Below are positions 10,901 to 21,400 of a stretch of 64,000 nucleotides of DNA, piece after piece. The notes beneath the pieces are model-generated. The model did not search any database. It worked only from the letters and a program-made list of their open reading frames with translations, and was not told the origin of the DNA. The stretch lies in assembly GCA_963675745.2 (NCBI GenBank), contig CAXXWX010000001.1, positions 192,001 through 256,000 on the forward strand, written 5' to 3'. The number at the start of each line of letters is the position of its first letter. The first letter of the stretch is position 1. The stretch comes from Phycisphaerae bacterium (GTDB lineage: Bacteria; Planctomycetota; Phycisphaerae; UBA1845; Fen-1342). A program made the translations under genes and the position numbers.

Positions 10901-11819
10901 TGTCGAAGCCGCTGCCCAGGGGCGAGTCGTTCCCGTAGAAGGTGCAGTAGTCGACATCGATGCTGGTGGTATAGCCCCAGGCGTACACGGCACCGCCGTG
11001 CAGGCCACTGACGTTCCCGTAAAGCAGACAGCTCGCGAGCGTCACGTCCGAGAAGTTCGCGATCAAAGCTCCGCCCGAGTTCCGGCCGTCGTTGTCGGCG
11101 AAGGTACACTCTTCGATCCAGACGATCGAGCTTTCGGCGTAGAGACCGCCGCCGCCACCACCGCCGACGCCGCCGGTGACCAGGTTGTCTGAGAACACGC
11201 ACTCAAAGAAGAACGGATCGGACTCGAGGCTGTAGACACCGCCACCGAAGGCGTTGTTCAGTCCACCGTTGGCGGTGTTGTTGGAGATCGTTGTCTGCTG
11301 GACGTAGGGGGAGGAGTCTTCGATGATGTACATCCCACCCCCGTTTTGCGACGTGTTGCCGTCGATGACACACCCGGTGATCGTCGGCGAGCCGGAAGCT
11401 GGATAGGTGATCGGTGGAAACCCCGTCTTACCGCAGACGATGCCGTGACCGGCGGCCGTGATCGTGACATACTCGAGCTTGGAGTTGCGGCCCTCATCGT
11501 TGACGAACAGGACTCCCCCGCCCGCTGCCGAGGGGCCCTGAATGGTACAGCTCGCCGGATCACCGCTTTGAGATCGGATGGTGATCTCCTTGCCGTTGTA
11601 GCTGAACCCACAGTTGTCGGTGCCACTGAAGGTGCCGTCGGTCAGCTCGATAATGTCGGTGTTGCTGGCGGCGTTGATCGCGGCCTGGATGGTCGGGTAA
11701 TCGCCGGTTCCGTCAGGTTTGACCACATATGTTGTGCCAAACACCGGTGATGCCAGCCCCCCCACCACCAGCAGCACGGTGATGCACGCTAACGAGTTTT
11801 TCAATTTCGCGGTTGACAT
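7902..11819 (-). CDS. Secreted protein with three tandem right-handed beta-helix (pectin-lyase-like) modules and a C-terminal dockerin-like domain
   Basis: Signal peptide. Three TIQAAI-initiated units with GGG/N-ladder repeats. C-terminal GDLNCDGLVNNGDIDPFV...DCNGDGLVNNGDIDAFV. Confidence 0.85.
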   Translation of the reverse strand: MSTAKLKNSLACITVLLVVGGLASPVFGTTYVVKPDGTGDYPTIQAAINAASNTDIIELTDGTFSGTDNCGFSYNGKEITIRSQSGDPASCTIQGPSAAGGGVLFVNDEGRNSKLEYVTITAAGHGIVCGKTGFPPITYPASGSPTITGCVIDGNTSQNGGGMYIIEDSSPYVQQTTISNNTANGGLNNAFGGGVYSLESDPFFFECVFSDNLVTGGVGGGGGGGLYAESSIVWIEECTFADNDGRNSGGALIANFSDVTLASCLLYGNVSGLHGGAVYAWGYTTSIDVDYCTFYGNDSPLGSGFDMWDNASAAVNNTIIAFGIGGGEAAWVNSGGSVTATCTDVYSNSGGDWVSGLSGQLALRNNMQADPIFCGAGTNDFTVHANSPCAPLALPCGQVGCYGVGCSGAMTYTVCPTGTADYTTIQAAINAAADGDTIQLCDATFTGAGNVDVDFGGKKITVESQSGNAEACVIDCAASAANRHRGFVFHSDEDPNSVLRAVKIINGYMTGEPNDADGGGIVIRNASSPTIDQCILEDNTAYAGGGMAVLRNGASPKITDCEFRSNTTEPSFGGGLLLDHSTWAVVYDCLFEDNVAGDDGGGLATFNWVDLQRCTFTGNQTTNGHGGGMTSMASPDVPIISECIYGGNTANVGGGGLSVYGLSGGVIDECTFYDNVVNSGPGGGLSLGNNTSVEVDNCTFHANAAYPYDPNDPSVGGGIYVFWTSSLEITNTIIASSVAGEAVACEPNDATATATCCDIYNNAGGDWVDCLFGQDADPNNISLDPMFCYAAGKDFTLNTNSPCAAFATPNSNCDLIGAWPVNCGVPKTYTVCPTGPADFTTIQAAIDAAYDGDIIQLCDATFTGAGNIDVDFGGKKITVESQSGDAEACIIDCAAGAANEHRGFIFQSDEDPNSVLRAVKIINGYMVSDPNNYEGGGIVIKNASSPTIDQCILEDNTAYAGGGMAVLRNGASPKITDCEFRSNTTAPSFGGGLLLDHYTWAVVHDCLFEDNIAGDDGGGLATFNWVELRRSTFTGNQTTGGHGGGMTSMASPDVPIISECVYGGNTANVGGGGLSVYGLPGGTIEKCTFYDNLTNTAGGGGLCLGNGTSVQVDNCTFHANSAPDPNPNYGGGGIYVFWGSSAEITNTIIASSVAGEAVACEPNDPSFAIATCSDMWGNVGGDWVNCLFGQDSDPNNISLDPLFCNAGANDFTLDASSPCAPFSPPNANCDLIGAWPVACGGYQDGDLNCDGLVNNGDIDPFVLAVTDPVLYASNFPSCDIMLADCNGDGLVNNGDIDAFVAIIGG
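8105..10590 (-). repeat. Intragenic tandem duplication, unit ~1.25 kb (~417 aa)
   Basis: Units begin TYTVCPTG at ~10588 and ~9337 and share long identical DNA tracts (e.g. gtgttcgagcggaactcacaatcggtgatcttcggtgaggcaccgttgcgcagcac). Confidence 0.9.
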
Positions 11820-12009
11820 GGCTTAGCCTCCCGTGCACCTGATCCGCCACAGTGGTGAGGCCCGGTGCGGCTGCAATACCAAATTGACGTTCGCGGGGCA
11901 TCGTCTGTCCATTGCCAGCCCAACAAGGGTGACTGCGATGCCTGTCAATATGGGGAACGTAAGGCGCAGCGCGCGACGACGCGAAAAACCAGCTTTCCTG
12001 CCGGAATGC

Positions 12010-14478
12010 TCAGGGGGCCGGCTGCGTGGCGGGTGGTCTGGCCAGCGACTCCAGGCGCCAGAGGGCCAGTTCATACTCGTTCATGGGCAGCAGGACGAAA
12101 TTGTTCGTGTCGAGTTGCACATCGGTGGCTACGCAACGCTCGAACCAGTGCCGGGCGCGTGCGACATCGCCGCGCAGCAGACACACCTCGCCCGCGTAGT
12201 AACACCCCTCGCACAGCCTGGCCGGGTCATTATCGGCCGCTGCCACCAGCGCCTCGGGAGACAGATCGCCCTGCAAACAGGCGAAGATGCTCTCCAGCCA
12301 GACGTCGCCCGCGGCATCGTGGGCCTGGGCCAGCAAGCTCTCGGCTTCTGCGCGCTGCCCTAGCTCAAACAGTATGAGCGCCAGCCGCGCGTCCGCGTAG
12401 TGCGGCTGCCCATGCACGGCGCGGACTCCGCGATAGTCGTTGGCCGCCTCGGCAAGCCGACCGGTGATCCATAGCGATGTGGCGCGCTGATAGCGAAACC
12501 AGATTGGCGCGGTCCCCGGACGGCGCTGGGCATCGCCCAGCAAACGGTCGTAGTCAGCGATGGCGTCTTCGTGGCGGTTCAATCGGCGATAGGCGACGGC
12601 GCGAGAACCATAGGCCAGCGCCGGTACGGCGGCATGTTCGATGAACTCGGTGAACACGTCGACCGCCTTCTCAAACTCGCCGCGACGCACGAGGATCTCG
12701 CCGTGCAGAATCTGCCAGGAGACGGTATCAGGCCTTAGTTTTGCGAGATGCTGGACGGCATCGACCGCGCTATCGAGATCCCCTGAGTTGATGCCGAGAT
12801 ACGTCAGACGCGACCAGGCCAGCATGTGTGTGGGATCGCGCTCCACCACCCGCCGGGCGTGGGCTTCGGCCTGTGCGGGGTCGAAGGCCAGCAGCGAGCG
12901 CAGGTAACTTGCGTCGATGGTGTCGGGCATGATTGCCAGCGCCGTGGCCGACAGCTCCTCGGCCAAGCGGTGCTCACCCGTCTTGCGATACATCTCGGCC
13001 AGGACCAGCCGGGTGGCCCAGTAGCCGGGTTGGGTTGGCTGCAGGCGCTCCAGATCCAGGATGGTTTGCTCGGCCTGGCGCGTCTGAACACGGGCCCGCG
13101 CCAAAGCGATCTGCGGATCGATCAGGTTGGGATATTGCGCTTTTAGCGCCAACGCGAGGCCCACCGCCGCCTTGGCGTCGCCGCCCTCGAGCACCTGCAC
13201 CGCCCGCAGAGACTGTAGCCGCGCATATGCGATATCCCGCGCCTCGGCCGCGGCGCTCCGCGTGCGCTGCCACCACGCGCCGGTGAGGATCACCACGAGC
13301 ACGATGGCCACGATCCCGGATGTGACGGCGATGCGGGCGCGATGCTTGAGCAGTTTCTTGCGCATGTAATAGAAGCTGCTCGGACGCCGGGCCAGAATCG
13401 GCTCTCCGCTCAAGTACCTGCGCAGCTCGGCCGCCAATTCGGCCGCCGACGCGTAACGCGCGGTTTTGTCCTTGGCGAGGGCCTTCAAGACGATGATCTC
13501 CAGCTCGCCGTCGACTTGTGAGGTGAGCTTGGTCGGCAGCGGCGGCGCGGACTCGATAATCCGCTGGATGACTTCGGACGGCCGCCCCCGGGGTTCGATC
13601 GGGAGCTGGTGCGTCAGCGCCTCGAACAGCATCACGCCCAGCGCATACACATCCGTGCGCGCATCGACTTCGGCGGGCGCCCCGGCCGCCTGCTCCGGCG
13701 ACAGGTAGGCCAGCGTGCCCATGATCTGTCCGGGACTCGACAGGGAGGCGTAGGACGTCGGGGCGCTGTCCGTCTGGTCGACCGCCTTGGCGAGACCAAA
13801 ATCGAGCACGTGAGGGGCATCGTCCTGGTCGATCAGCACGTTGGCGGGCTTCAGATCGCGGTGGATGATCCCGTGCTCGTGCGCGGCCTGCACGCCGTCA
13901 CAGATCCGGGCGAAGAGTCGTACGATGTCCGGAAGTCCGAGATCCTGGGCCAGGTAACGATCCAGACGCTGGCCATCGACGTAATCCATCGCGAAATAGG
14001 GCTGTCCCGAAACCACACCGCTCTCGAGGATTCGAACAACGCCCGAGTGATCGAGGCGCGCGGCAAGCTGCACCTCGCGCTCGAATCGGCGGCGCGCGGC
14101 CGGCGAGGCGAATGGACCGGCCAGCATGACCTTGATCGCGACCGTGCGCCGCGTGGCGATCTGCAAGGCCTTGTACACAACCCCCATGCCGCCCCGGCCG
14201 ATCTCCCGCAGCAGTTCGTAACCCTCAATAGCCGGCAGGTCGGCATCCGCCGTCGCCGCCTTCGAGGCACCCACGTCGGATGCCAAAGGGCGAATGGTGT
14301 CCAGCAGCGATAGACCTTCGAGATACGGCAGCAGTTCATCAGCCAGATCAGGGTACTCGTCCGCAAAGCGGGCCGGCGTGAGCACCTCGCCGGATTGCTG
14401 GCGATCGAAGTACTCGTTAATCAGCGCGGCGATGCGCTCGTCCGGTTCCGGATGTTCACCCCGCTGTTCGGAATCCAT
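12010..14478 (-). CDS. Membrane Ser/Thr protein kinase (Hanks type) with C-terminal TPRs
   Basis: IGRGGMGVVY, VAIK, HRDLKPAN, DFG, GTLAYLSPE, DVYALG, then a TM helix and TPRs. Start is uncertain (14478 or 14517). Confidence 0.93.
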   Translation of the reverse strand: MDSEQRGEHPEPDERIAALINEYFDRQQSGEVLTPARFADEYPDLADELLPYLEGLSLLDTIRPLASDVGASKAATADADLPAIEGYELLREIGRGGMGVVYKALQIATRRTVAIKVMLAGPFASPAARRRFEREVQLAARLDHSGVVRILESGVVSGQPYFAMDYVDGQRLDRYLAQDLGLPDIVRLFARICDGVQAAHEHGIIHRDLKPANVLIDQDDAPHVLDFGLAKAVDQTDSAPTSYASLSSPGQIMGTLAYLSPEQAAGAPAEVDARTDVYALGVMLFEALTHQLPIEPRGRPSEVIQRIIESAPPLPTKLTSQVDGELEIIVLKALAKDKTARYASAAELAAELRRYLSGEPILARRPSSFYYMRKKLLKHRARIAVTSGIVAIVLVVILTGAWWQRTRSAAAEARDIAYARLQSLRAVQVLEGGDAKAAVGLALALKAQYPNLIDPQIALARARVQTRQAEQTILDLERLQPTQPGYWATRLVLAEMYRKTGEHRLAEELSATALAIMPDTIDASYLRSLLAFDPAQAEAHARRVVERDPTHMLAWSRLTYLGINSGDLDSAVDAVQHLAKLRPDTVSWQILHGEILVRRGEFEKAVDVFTEFIEHAAVPALAYGSRAVAYRRLNRHEDAIADYDRLLGDAQRRPGTAPIWFRYQRATSLWITGRLAEAANDYRGVRAVHGQPHYADARLALILFELGQRAEAESLLAQAHDAAGDVWLESIFACLQGDLSPEALVAAADNDPARLCEGCYYAGEVCLLRGDVARARHWFERCVATDVQLDTNNFVLLPMNEYELALWRLESLARPPATQPAP

Positions 14479-14715
14479 GTCATCGCCTCTGGCGATATGT
14501 TGGCACTTGACGTTCAACTCTCATCGGCGAAAACAACTCAGGACGTGCGAACACCCACGTAGTGGACTGAGGATCGCAGGTGCCCGGCACACGTGCCACG
14601 CGGGTGAATCGAACGGCCACTAAGCGCATAATAATTCAATTGCACAGAATCTCACAGCATATCCCACTCGGGCAGTCGGTTATCATGCGCATTGGTGAGA
14701 CTCGACGGCAATACA

Positions 14716-15345
14716 ATGGTCGATCATCGTCAAACAGAAGCCTGGGTAATCGCGGCGGCGCAGGGTGATGGCCTGGCACTGCGCAAACTGCTCGCGGCTT
14801 ATCACCCTTTGCTGCGCGCACGCGTAGCGACGCGCATGGACCGCGGCTTACGCGCTCGCGTCGAGCCCGAGGATATCCTGCAACAGGTGTATCTGGATGT
14901 CTTTCGCCGAATCGGTCATTTTGAGCAGCGCGGCCCGGACGCGTTTGTGAACTGGGTGCTGACGATCGCCGATAACAAGCTGGTTGACCTGCGCCGGGCG
15001 TTGCACGCGCAGATGCGGGACGTCGATCGAGAAATGCCGCCCGGTGGGGCCGGCGGCGCCGAGTCGTGTTGGAACCTGCTCGACCAGCTCTACACCGATT
15101 CGCAGACGCCGAGCCGGGTCGTGCGCAAAGACGAGGCCGTCGGGGCGCTGCTGGCGTGTCTGTCCGAGCTGTCGGAATCACATCGCCAGGTATTGCGGCT
15201 GCGTTTCCTCGAGGGACGCCCCGTCAGCGATATCGCCAAAGTGCTGGGGAAATCACCCGGCGCCGTGGTGGCCCTCTCCAAACGCGCCCTCGAGGCACTG
15301 CGAGCGGCAATGGACCATCTGGGCGATTTTACCCGTGGACCATAG
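14716..15345 (+). CDS. ECF RNA polymerase sigma factor (planctomycete STK-associated type)
   Basis: Region 2 RVEPEDILQQVY..FVNWVLTIADNKL, SQTPSR, region 4 LSESHRQVLRLRFLEG. Divergent from the kinase. Confidence 0.9.
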   Translation: MVDHRQTEAWVIAAAQGDGLALRKLLAAYHPLLRARVATRMDRGLRARVEPEDILQQVYLDVFRRIGHFEQRGPDAFVNWVLTIADNKLVDLRRALHAQMRDVDREMPPGGAGGAESCWNLLDQLYTDSQTPSRVVRKDEAVGALLACLSELSESHRQVLRLRFLEGRPVSDIAKVLGKSPGAVVALSKRALEALRAAMDHLGDFTRGP

Positions 15346-15389
15346 CGTTGGATCTTCTCACATCGGGCATCCATCGGAAGGTAACCAAG

Positions 15390-15698
15390 ATGCAACAGTA
15401 CAAGGTCGACTTCGACTCACTACCGTGGGACATCCCGATCAGTGGCGTGCGCTGCAAGGCCGTGCGCTCGGATGGCAGGCAACTGCGCCTGGTTGAATAC
15501 ACGCCCGAGATGGCACCGCACTGGTGTGAGAAGGGACACATCGGCTGCATCCTGGACGGGCGCTTCGAGATCCAATTCACTGACGAGACAATCATCTTCA
15601 ATGCCGGCGACGGTGTGTTCATACCATCCGGAGCGCAACACAAGCACATGGCGCGAGCGCTGTCGGATACGGTCCGCGCCGTGTTCGTGGAAGACTGA
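15390..15698 (+). CDS. Cupin domain protein
   Basis: HWCEKGHIG...GDGVFIPSG..HKH cupin motifs. ATG follows GGAAGG. Confidence 0.8.
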   Translation: MQQYKVDFDSLPWDIPISGVRCKAVRSDGRQLRLVEYTPEMAPHWCEKGHIGCILDGRFEIQFTDETIIFNAGDGVFIPSGAQHKHMARALSDTVRAVFVED

Positions 15699-15902
15699 TC
15701 GCCCCGAGCGCACATAAGCCGACACCCGCCACAACATTCGACAGCACACCCTACCAATTCACAGCGCAACGCAGACGTGCGGCGTGTACGCTGCATGTAC
15801 GGCCCTATCTCGGCGGGAGTGTGTGCGCGGGAGGGAATCCGACGGTCCAATGCGGGCGGCGCCGGGCGATAGCTCGCCGGCTCGCGACATGGAGCAACAA
15901 TA

Positions 15903-18221
15903 GTGAGACGTCATCGCTTCGCAATCGTGATGATGATATCCATGACATTGCTTGGCTTGGAGATCATCTGGACGCGTATCTTCTCCGCCGAGTTCTTCTA
16001 CACGTACGCGTTTCTCGTGCTCTCTCTGGCAGTCATGGGCTTGGGGCTGGGCGCGCTGGCGCTGCGCCTGTGGCCGGCGTTGCGGCGCAGATGGTGCCTG
16101 GGGCTCGTGCTGCTATTGACCGCGTGCATGTCGATGCTGGGGCCGCCGTTGGTATTTCAACTGGGCCTGAAGTTCTCGGAATTGTGCGATAGCTGGGCGA
16201 TGATCGGCAAGCTAGTGGCGGCCATTGCGCTACTCAGCTCGACGTACTTCCTGGGCGGTATCGCCCTGGGTTCCCTTTTCAGACGTAACCACCGGGACAT
16301 GCCTCGTCTGTACATGGCCGACCTCGTGGGCGCGGGCGTGGGAGTGGTCGGCGCCATTGTGCTGATGAACAGCATCGGCACGCCGGCCGCCACATTTGTG
16401 ATGACTATACCGATTCTGGCCGCCGCCATATTGGCAATACGCGGCGCCGCGCGTCTGCTTCCGGTGCTGCTGCTTGTTGCGCCGTTTGTGATGATGAGCC
16501 GCGCGGAGGGCCTGCTCGAGATGGAGCGTGAGGAGCGCGCCCCGGTGGTCTACAAGCATTGGGATGCCACAGCCAAGATCAAGCTCTTTGACTATGGCCC
16601 ACGGGCCCGCGGCATTAACATCGATAACGCCGCCAACACCCCGGTCTTTGCGTTTGACGGCAACTGGGACAGGCCGGAAGAGGATCGCTTCCAGTTTGGC
16701 ATCGACGTTTCCAACTTGATTGCGCGTTTCGACGACTGCACGTTTCTCTCGCTGGGTGCTGGCGGCGGCGGTGACGTGTTGCAGGCGCTGCAAGCCGGCG
16801 CAGCGGAGATTCACGCCGTCGAGGTCATCCCCCATATCAACGAGATGATGTTGACCGGTGAGCTGGCTGATTTTTCCGGGCACATTTATGACGACGCCCG
16901 CGTACGCGCCGTGACCGAAGATGCCCGCGCCTACGTTCGCCGACACCGTGGCGAATTCGATGTGATTTACTCGCTCAGCTCCAATTCCTGGGCGGCGCTG
17001 GCGTCCGGTTCCTTCGCGCTGGCGGAGAATTACCTGTTCACGACCGAGGCCTTCCAGGATTACTGGAACGCGTTGTCCGAAAACGGGTTCATGATGATGG
17101 AGCACCAGTTCTACATGCCACGCCTCGTCAGTGCCCTGATCGACGCGCTGGAGGCGTCGGGTGTCCCGCAACCACGCAGCCATTTCGCGATCTACAACCT
17201 GCCGAGCATGCGCCGCAAGATGCTGCTGCTGTCCAGGCAACCGCTCACCGCGGACATCATTAACAACGCCTTCGGCGAACTCACGCCGGAGATCCACGAA
17301 CACATCCACCTCTTGTATCCCACGTCCGGGCCGGAGGATGACAATCTGGTCGGCCGGATCGTCGAGCATGGTTGGCGCGAGGCGGCGGGCACAGCGCCGG
17401 TCAACATATCACCGACGACGGATGATCGACCGTTCGTCGGTCAGATGGGCCTTTGGCGTAATTTCAAATGGGAGAAGCCGCCGAAGAGCCTGGGACTGGG
17501 CGTGTTCGGTTACCCGCTGTCGCAGGTGATCGTGGTTGTGATCCTGTTGGTCGTCGTGGTTCTGGTGCTCCCGCTGAACCTGCTGCCCTACCTGGCAAAA
17601 GGAGCCCGCCTGGGAGTCGCGCCGTGGCTGTATTTCTTCACGATCGGAGCGGCGTTCATGGCGGTCGAGGTCGTGCTGATCCAGAAATACACGCTTTTTG
17701 TCGGACCGTCGGTCTATAGCGTCGCCGCCATCCTGCTGTCAGTGCTGATCGCATCCGGCATCGGCAGTCGTTTCTCGCGGCGTGTGCCGGCGAACGTCGT
17801 ATTCAGCGGCATAGTTGTGTGGTTGCTGCTCGAGGCGTTTGCACTCGCCTACATAACCGACGCGCTGGCGGCCCTGCCCCTGGGACCACGCATCGCAATC
17901 TCGGTGGTGCTCGTGCTACCCCTCGGCTTCTTCATGGGCATGCCGTTTCCGAAGGGCGCGCTGCGCGTCGGCCCGCTGATCGACTGGGGGTTTGCGGTGA
18001 ATGGAGCCGCATCGGTGCTGGGCGGGACGGCGGTCGTTCTGGTCTCAATGTCGCTCGGTTTCCGCGTAGCCCTGCTCATGGCGGCCGGCTTGTACGCGCT
18101 GGCGTACGTCCTGTTCGCGCGAGACGCCGGGTGGAACGGGCGCCATGGCCGGGGCATTTCACGGGCCGGGGCTGGCCCGGAAACCGCCCCGACGGAGCCA
18201 GCGACGCAATCCTCAATCTAG
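15903..18221 (+). CDS. Multi-TM protein with a central spermidine-synthase-like SAM-dependent domain
   Basis: TM blocks at both ends, LGAGGGGDV (SAM-binding), AVEV, EDARAYV, ENYLFTTEAF, TDDRPF. Confidence 0.8.
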   Translation: MRRHRFAIVMMISMTLLGLEIIWTRIFSAEFFYTYAFLVLSLAVMGLGLGALALRLWPALRRRWCLGLVLLLTACMSMLGPPLVFQLGLKFSELCDSWAMIGKLVAAIALLSSTYFLGGIALGSLFRRNHRDMPRLYMADLVGAGVGVVGAIVLMNSIGTPAATFVMTIPILAAAILAIRGAARLLPVLLLVAPFVMMSRAEGLLEMEREERAPVVYKHWDATAKIKLFDYGPRARGINIDNAANTPVFAFDGNWDRPEEDRFQFGIDVSNLIARFDDCTFLSLGAGGGGDVLQALQAGAAEIHAVEVIPHINEMMLTGELADFSGHIYDDARVRAVTEDARAYVRRHRGEFDVIYSLSSNSWAALASGSFALAENYLFTTEAFQDYWNALSENGFMMMEHQFYMPRLVSALIDALEASGVPQPRSHFAIYNLPSMRRKMLLLSRQPLTADIINNAFGELTPEIHEHIHLLYPTSGPEDDNLVGRIVEHGWREAAGTAPVNISPTTDDRPFVGQMGLWRNFKWEKPPKSLGLGVFGYPLSQVIVVVILLVVVVLVLPLNLLPYLAKGARLGVAPWLYFFTIGAAFMAVEVVLIQKYTLFVGPSVYSVAAILLSVLIASGIGSRFSRRVPANVVFSGIVVWLLLEAFALAYITDALAALPLGPRIAISVVLVLPLGFFMGMPFPKGALRVGPLIDWGFAVNGAASVLGGTAVVLVSMSLGFRVALLMAAGLYALAYVLFARDAGWNGRHGRGISRAGAGPETAPTEPATQSSI

Positions 18222-18449
18222 ACCCAGCCGCAAGCCAGTCCGGCAATTGCGGTCGGTGGGTGATTTCACTTGATTCCGTTGCGGGACTGTGTCATTGTAC
18301 AATGAACCGTTTCGGACAGCGTGTTTCGTGCGGCTCCAACGATTGCGGCACGACGCGAATAGCCATCGATGCGCGCGCCGAGCACCGAAACACCGGCCCG
18401 AACCAGCCGATAGACAGGCACGGCATACTTGCCTGGGAGAGAGAAAGTC

Positions 18450-21400
18450 ATGAGGGTCCACGCACAATCGATCCTGATTCTAATAGCCCTTGGTGCCGTG
18501 CTCGCCAGCGCTGACTCCTGGCAGATGCAGCATCGCGACAGGGAGCGGACAGGCCGCAGCGACTTCGTCGTGCCCGCCTCGCGCATGAACGACACGTTCT
18601 TCGACGTCATACGCTGGCAAAAACGCACGCCGAACTCCCCCAACGAGGGGAATCTCGGCGCCAGCAGCATGGTGTTCTTTGACGGCGTCGGTCCGGGCGG
18701 GGCCAACCTCGTGGTGTGCGGCTATCACTGGCCAAAAGGCGTGCAAGGCATGGACCGCCACACAGGCGCGTACTTCTGGTCGGGCAATCCGGCCGGCGGC
18801 GAGTCGATCGGCGAGTTCACACCCGCTTTCGCCAATTACGGCACGGTCGTTTACGTCTGCAATGACGCGACCGGCAGCCCCGGCCACCCCACGATGGCGT
18901 TTCTGGCCAACAGCGGGCCGGATAGCTTCTGGCACAACGGCGATAACCCCAATCCGAATGAACTAAGCAACGGATCGCCCGTCATCGCTCCCGACGGCCG
19001 TATCTTCCGCTTCGCCTGGAACGATCGTCCCTACGCCGCGATGGACTTCGGCACGACCATCACGCATTCCTGGGCCGCTCAGAGCGGCGGTGGCGTCTGC
19101 TTCAATTCGCCCGCTTTGTACCGCTACACGTCCGGCGACCTGCGCGTCATCACGAGCGGTCGCTGGGGGCTGATCCAGTCGTTTCTGGCGGACGACCCAA
19201 ACGGCACCCTGGCGTGGTCCGTGGCGACAAGCCGGGCCACCGATGCTTGTCCGACGGTCGACCCCGACAATGGCAACGTGTACGTGGCGGCGAGCAATGG
19301 CAGTGTGTGGATCATCGGCGTTGACCGCGACGGCAACCCGCTCTGGGACGCCGTCAACGCCTACAAGCTCGTGTACGAGTGGATTAATGGCGTCAACAAC
19401 ACGCAGTCGGTCGGAGGGGCCGGCTGCCTCAGCCACGACGGCGCGACCTACTACTTCCAGTCGCACAACGCCGAGGGAGAGGGCCGCCTGTGGGCCATCA
19501 ACACGGCCGATGGGACGGTCAAGTGGAGCTACGAGACCGGCGCGACCGGGACCGGCGATGGCTGGCGTGCGGCGCCGATTGTCACGCCCAACGGCGTAAT
19601 TATCGTCGGGAACAACGACGGCGGAGCATACTACGCGCTCAGTGACGACGTCACCGCCGCCACGTTGCTCGACACGCTGGTGATTGAGCCCAATACCTCG
19701 GGCATCGCGAACGCGGTCGCCACGCCGACGCTATCCGCCGACGGGATGCTCTACATCCCTGCCCGGCTGACCTGGATGGCGGGCAATGGCGACGGCGAGA
19801 TTCCCACTTTCAATACGCAGAACCTCTTCAACGCCTTTGATATCAACGACGGCGCGGTGATGGACCTTCCACCACCACCCGGGCAGTTGGCCAAGGCCCT
19901 CAACAACGCCGTCGATGTTTCCTGGCGCCCGATCAGCGACCCGACAGGCGTGTTCGACCACTACGCCGTCTATCGCGAGCTCGCCGACTTCGGCAGCGTC
20001 AGCGGCCTCACGCCGATCGACACCGTCCCGGATGTGGCGACCGACCACTACCGTGACGAGACGGCGGTCAACGGGACCACGTACCATTACGCCGTGACGG
20101 CCGTATCGACGGGAGGCGGCGAAACAACGGTCATCAACGCGCTGGCGCCGCGAACGCCGTACGATGAGGACGACCTGCAAATCATCAGCATGTCGCGTCT
20201 GCCGCGTTTTCCGCGCTATCTGCCGATTTACAACGTGGCCGCGATGACCGAGCCCTCTGGTTTCGGGCCATATATCACGAGTGCGGCCGTGAGCCTTGAC
20301 GGTGGACAGGACGAGTTCACGCAGCGCTGGCCGGAGCTCAACGACCCCGTCACCTATGTCGCCACCGTGCGCAACGCCGGCACGAACCCCTACAACGGCA
20401 CGCTGGGCGGCACTTGGGAGCTGGACGGCGGCGTGATTGCCACGCCGTCACAGGTCGTCGCACTCGAGCCCGGCGACACGGTGACCTTCGAGATCGCGGT
20501 GAACTGGGACGACCTGCTGCACGATATCACATTCACACTCGACGTCAGCGACGATCATCCCGAAAACGACACACGCTACATCGGCACGAAGTCGGTGCCG
20601 TTCCTTACGTACGTGGATGCGAGCTATATCGAGGATTTCCGCGAGATCAGTACGCCGGAACAACCGCTCTCGCAGACCGACGACATGCTCGACTGGCTCT
20701 GGCGTCACGCCGATCGCATGAACGAGATGTTCGACGAAGCCGGCAGCCTGAAGCGCGTGCATTACGACGTTCTGGCGGTGACGCGCGATGGCGACGCCGA
20801 CCCCAGCATCGACCGCACGCCGTTCGCGATCTTCCCGTTCCGGTATTACTACGAGCACCCCTACTGGGACCCGCGCTATCCGGGTTATTACGCCGACGAT
20901 GACATTGACTATGGCCTGTGCCACGAGATGTCGCACCAACTCGGGCTGATCGACCTGTATCGCCTCGACGTGCATGGCCAGAACAACTACGTCTCGGGTC
21001 TGACGCGCTGGGCCACCGATGGGCTCATGCGGGTCGTCTCGCATTACTACTCCGAGAACAGCGCCCACGCGATGGACCACTGGCTGCACAAGGCGCACGG
21101 CTATTACGGGCAGTATCTGTACTACCTGCCCGAGACCGTTCAGCTTCGCATCGTCGGCAACGCCGGCCAGCCGATCGACGGCGCGTCGATCAAGGTCTAC
21201 CAGAAATGCGAGCGCCCCGGCCTGGGTGAGGTCATCACCACGCAGATCAAGGCCCAGGGCGTCACCGATGAAAACGGGCTGTGGACCATTCCGAATGTTC
21301 CGCTCGACCCAGACTTCGCGCCGCAGACCTACGCCGGCGACCTGTTGCGCGATAACCCGTTCGGCTATATCGCCGTCACCGGCACAAACGGCATTCTGCA

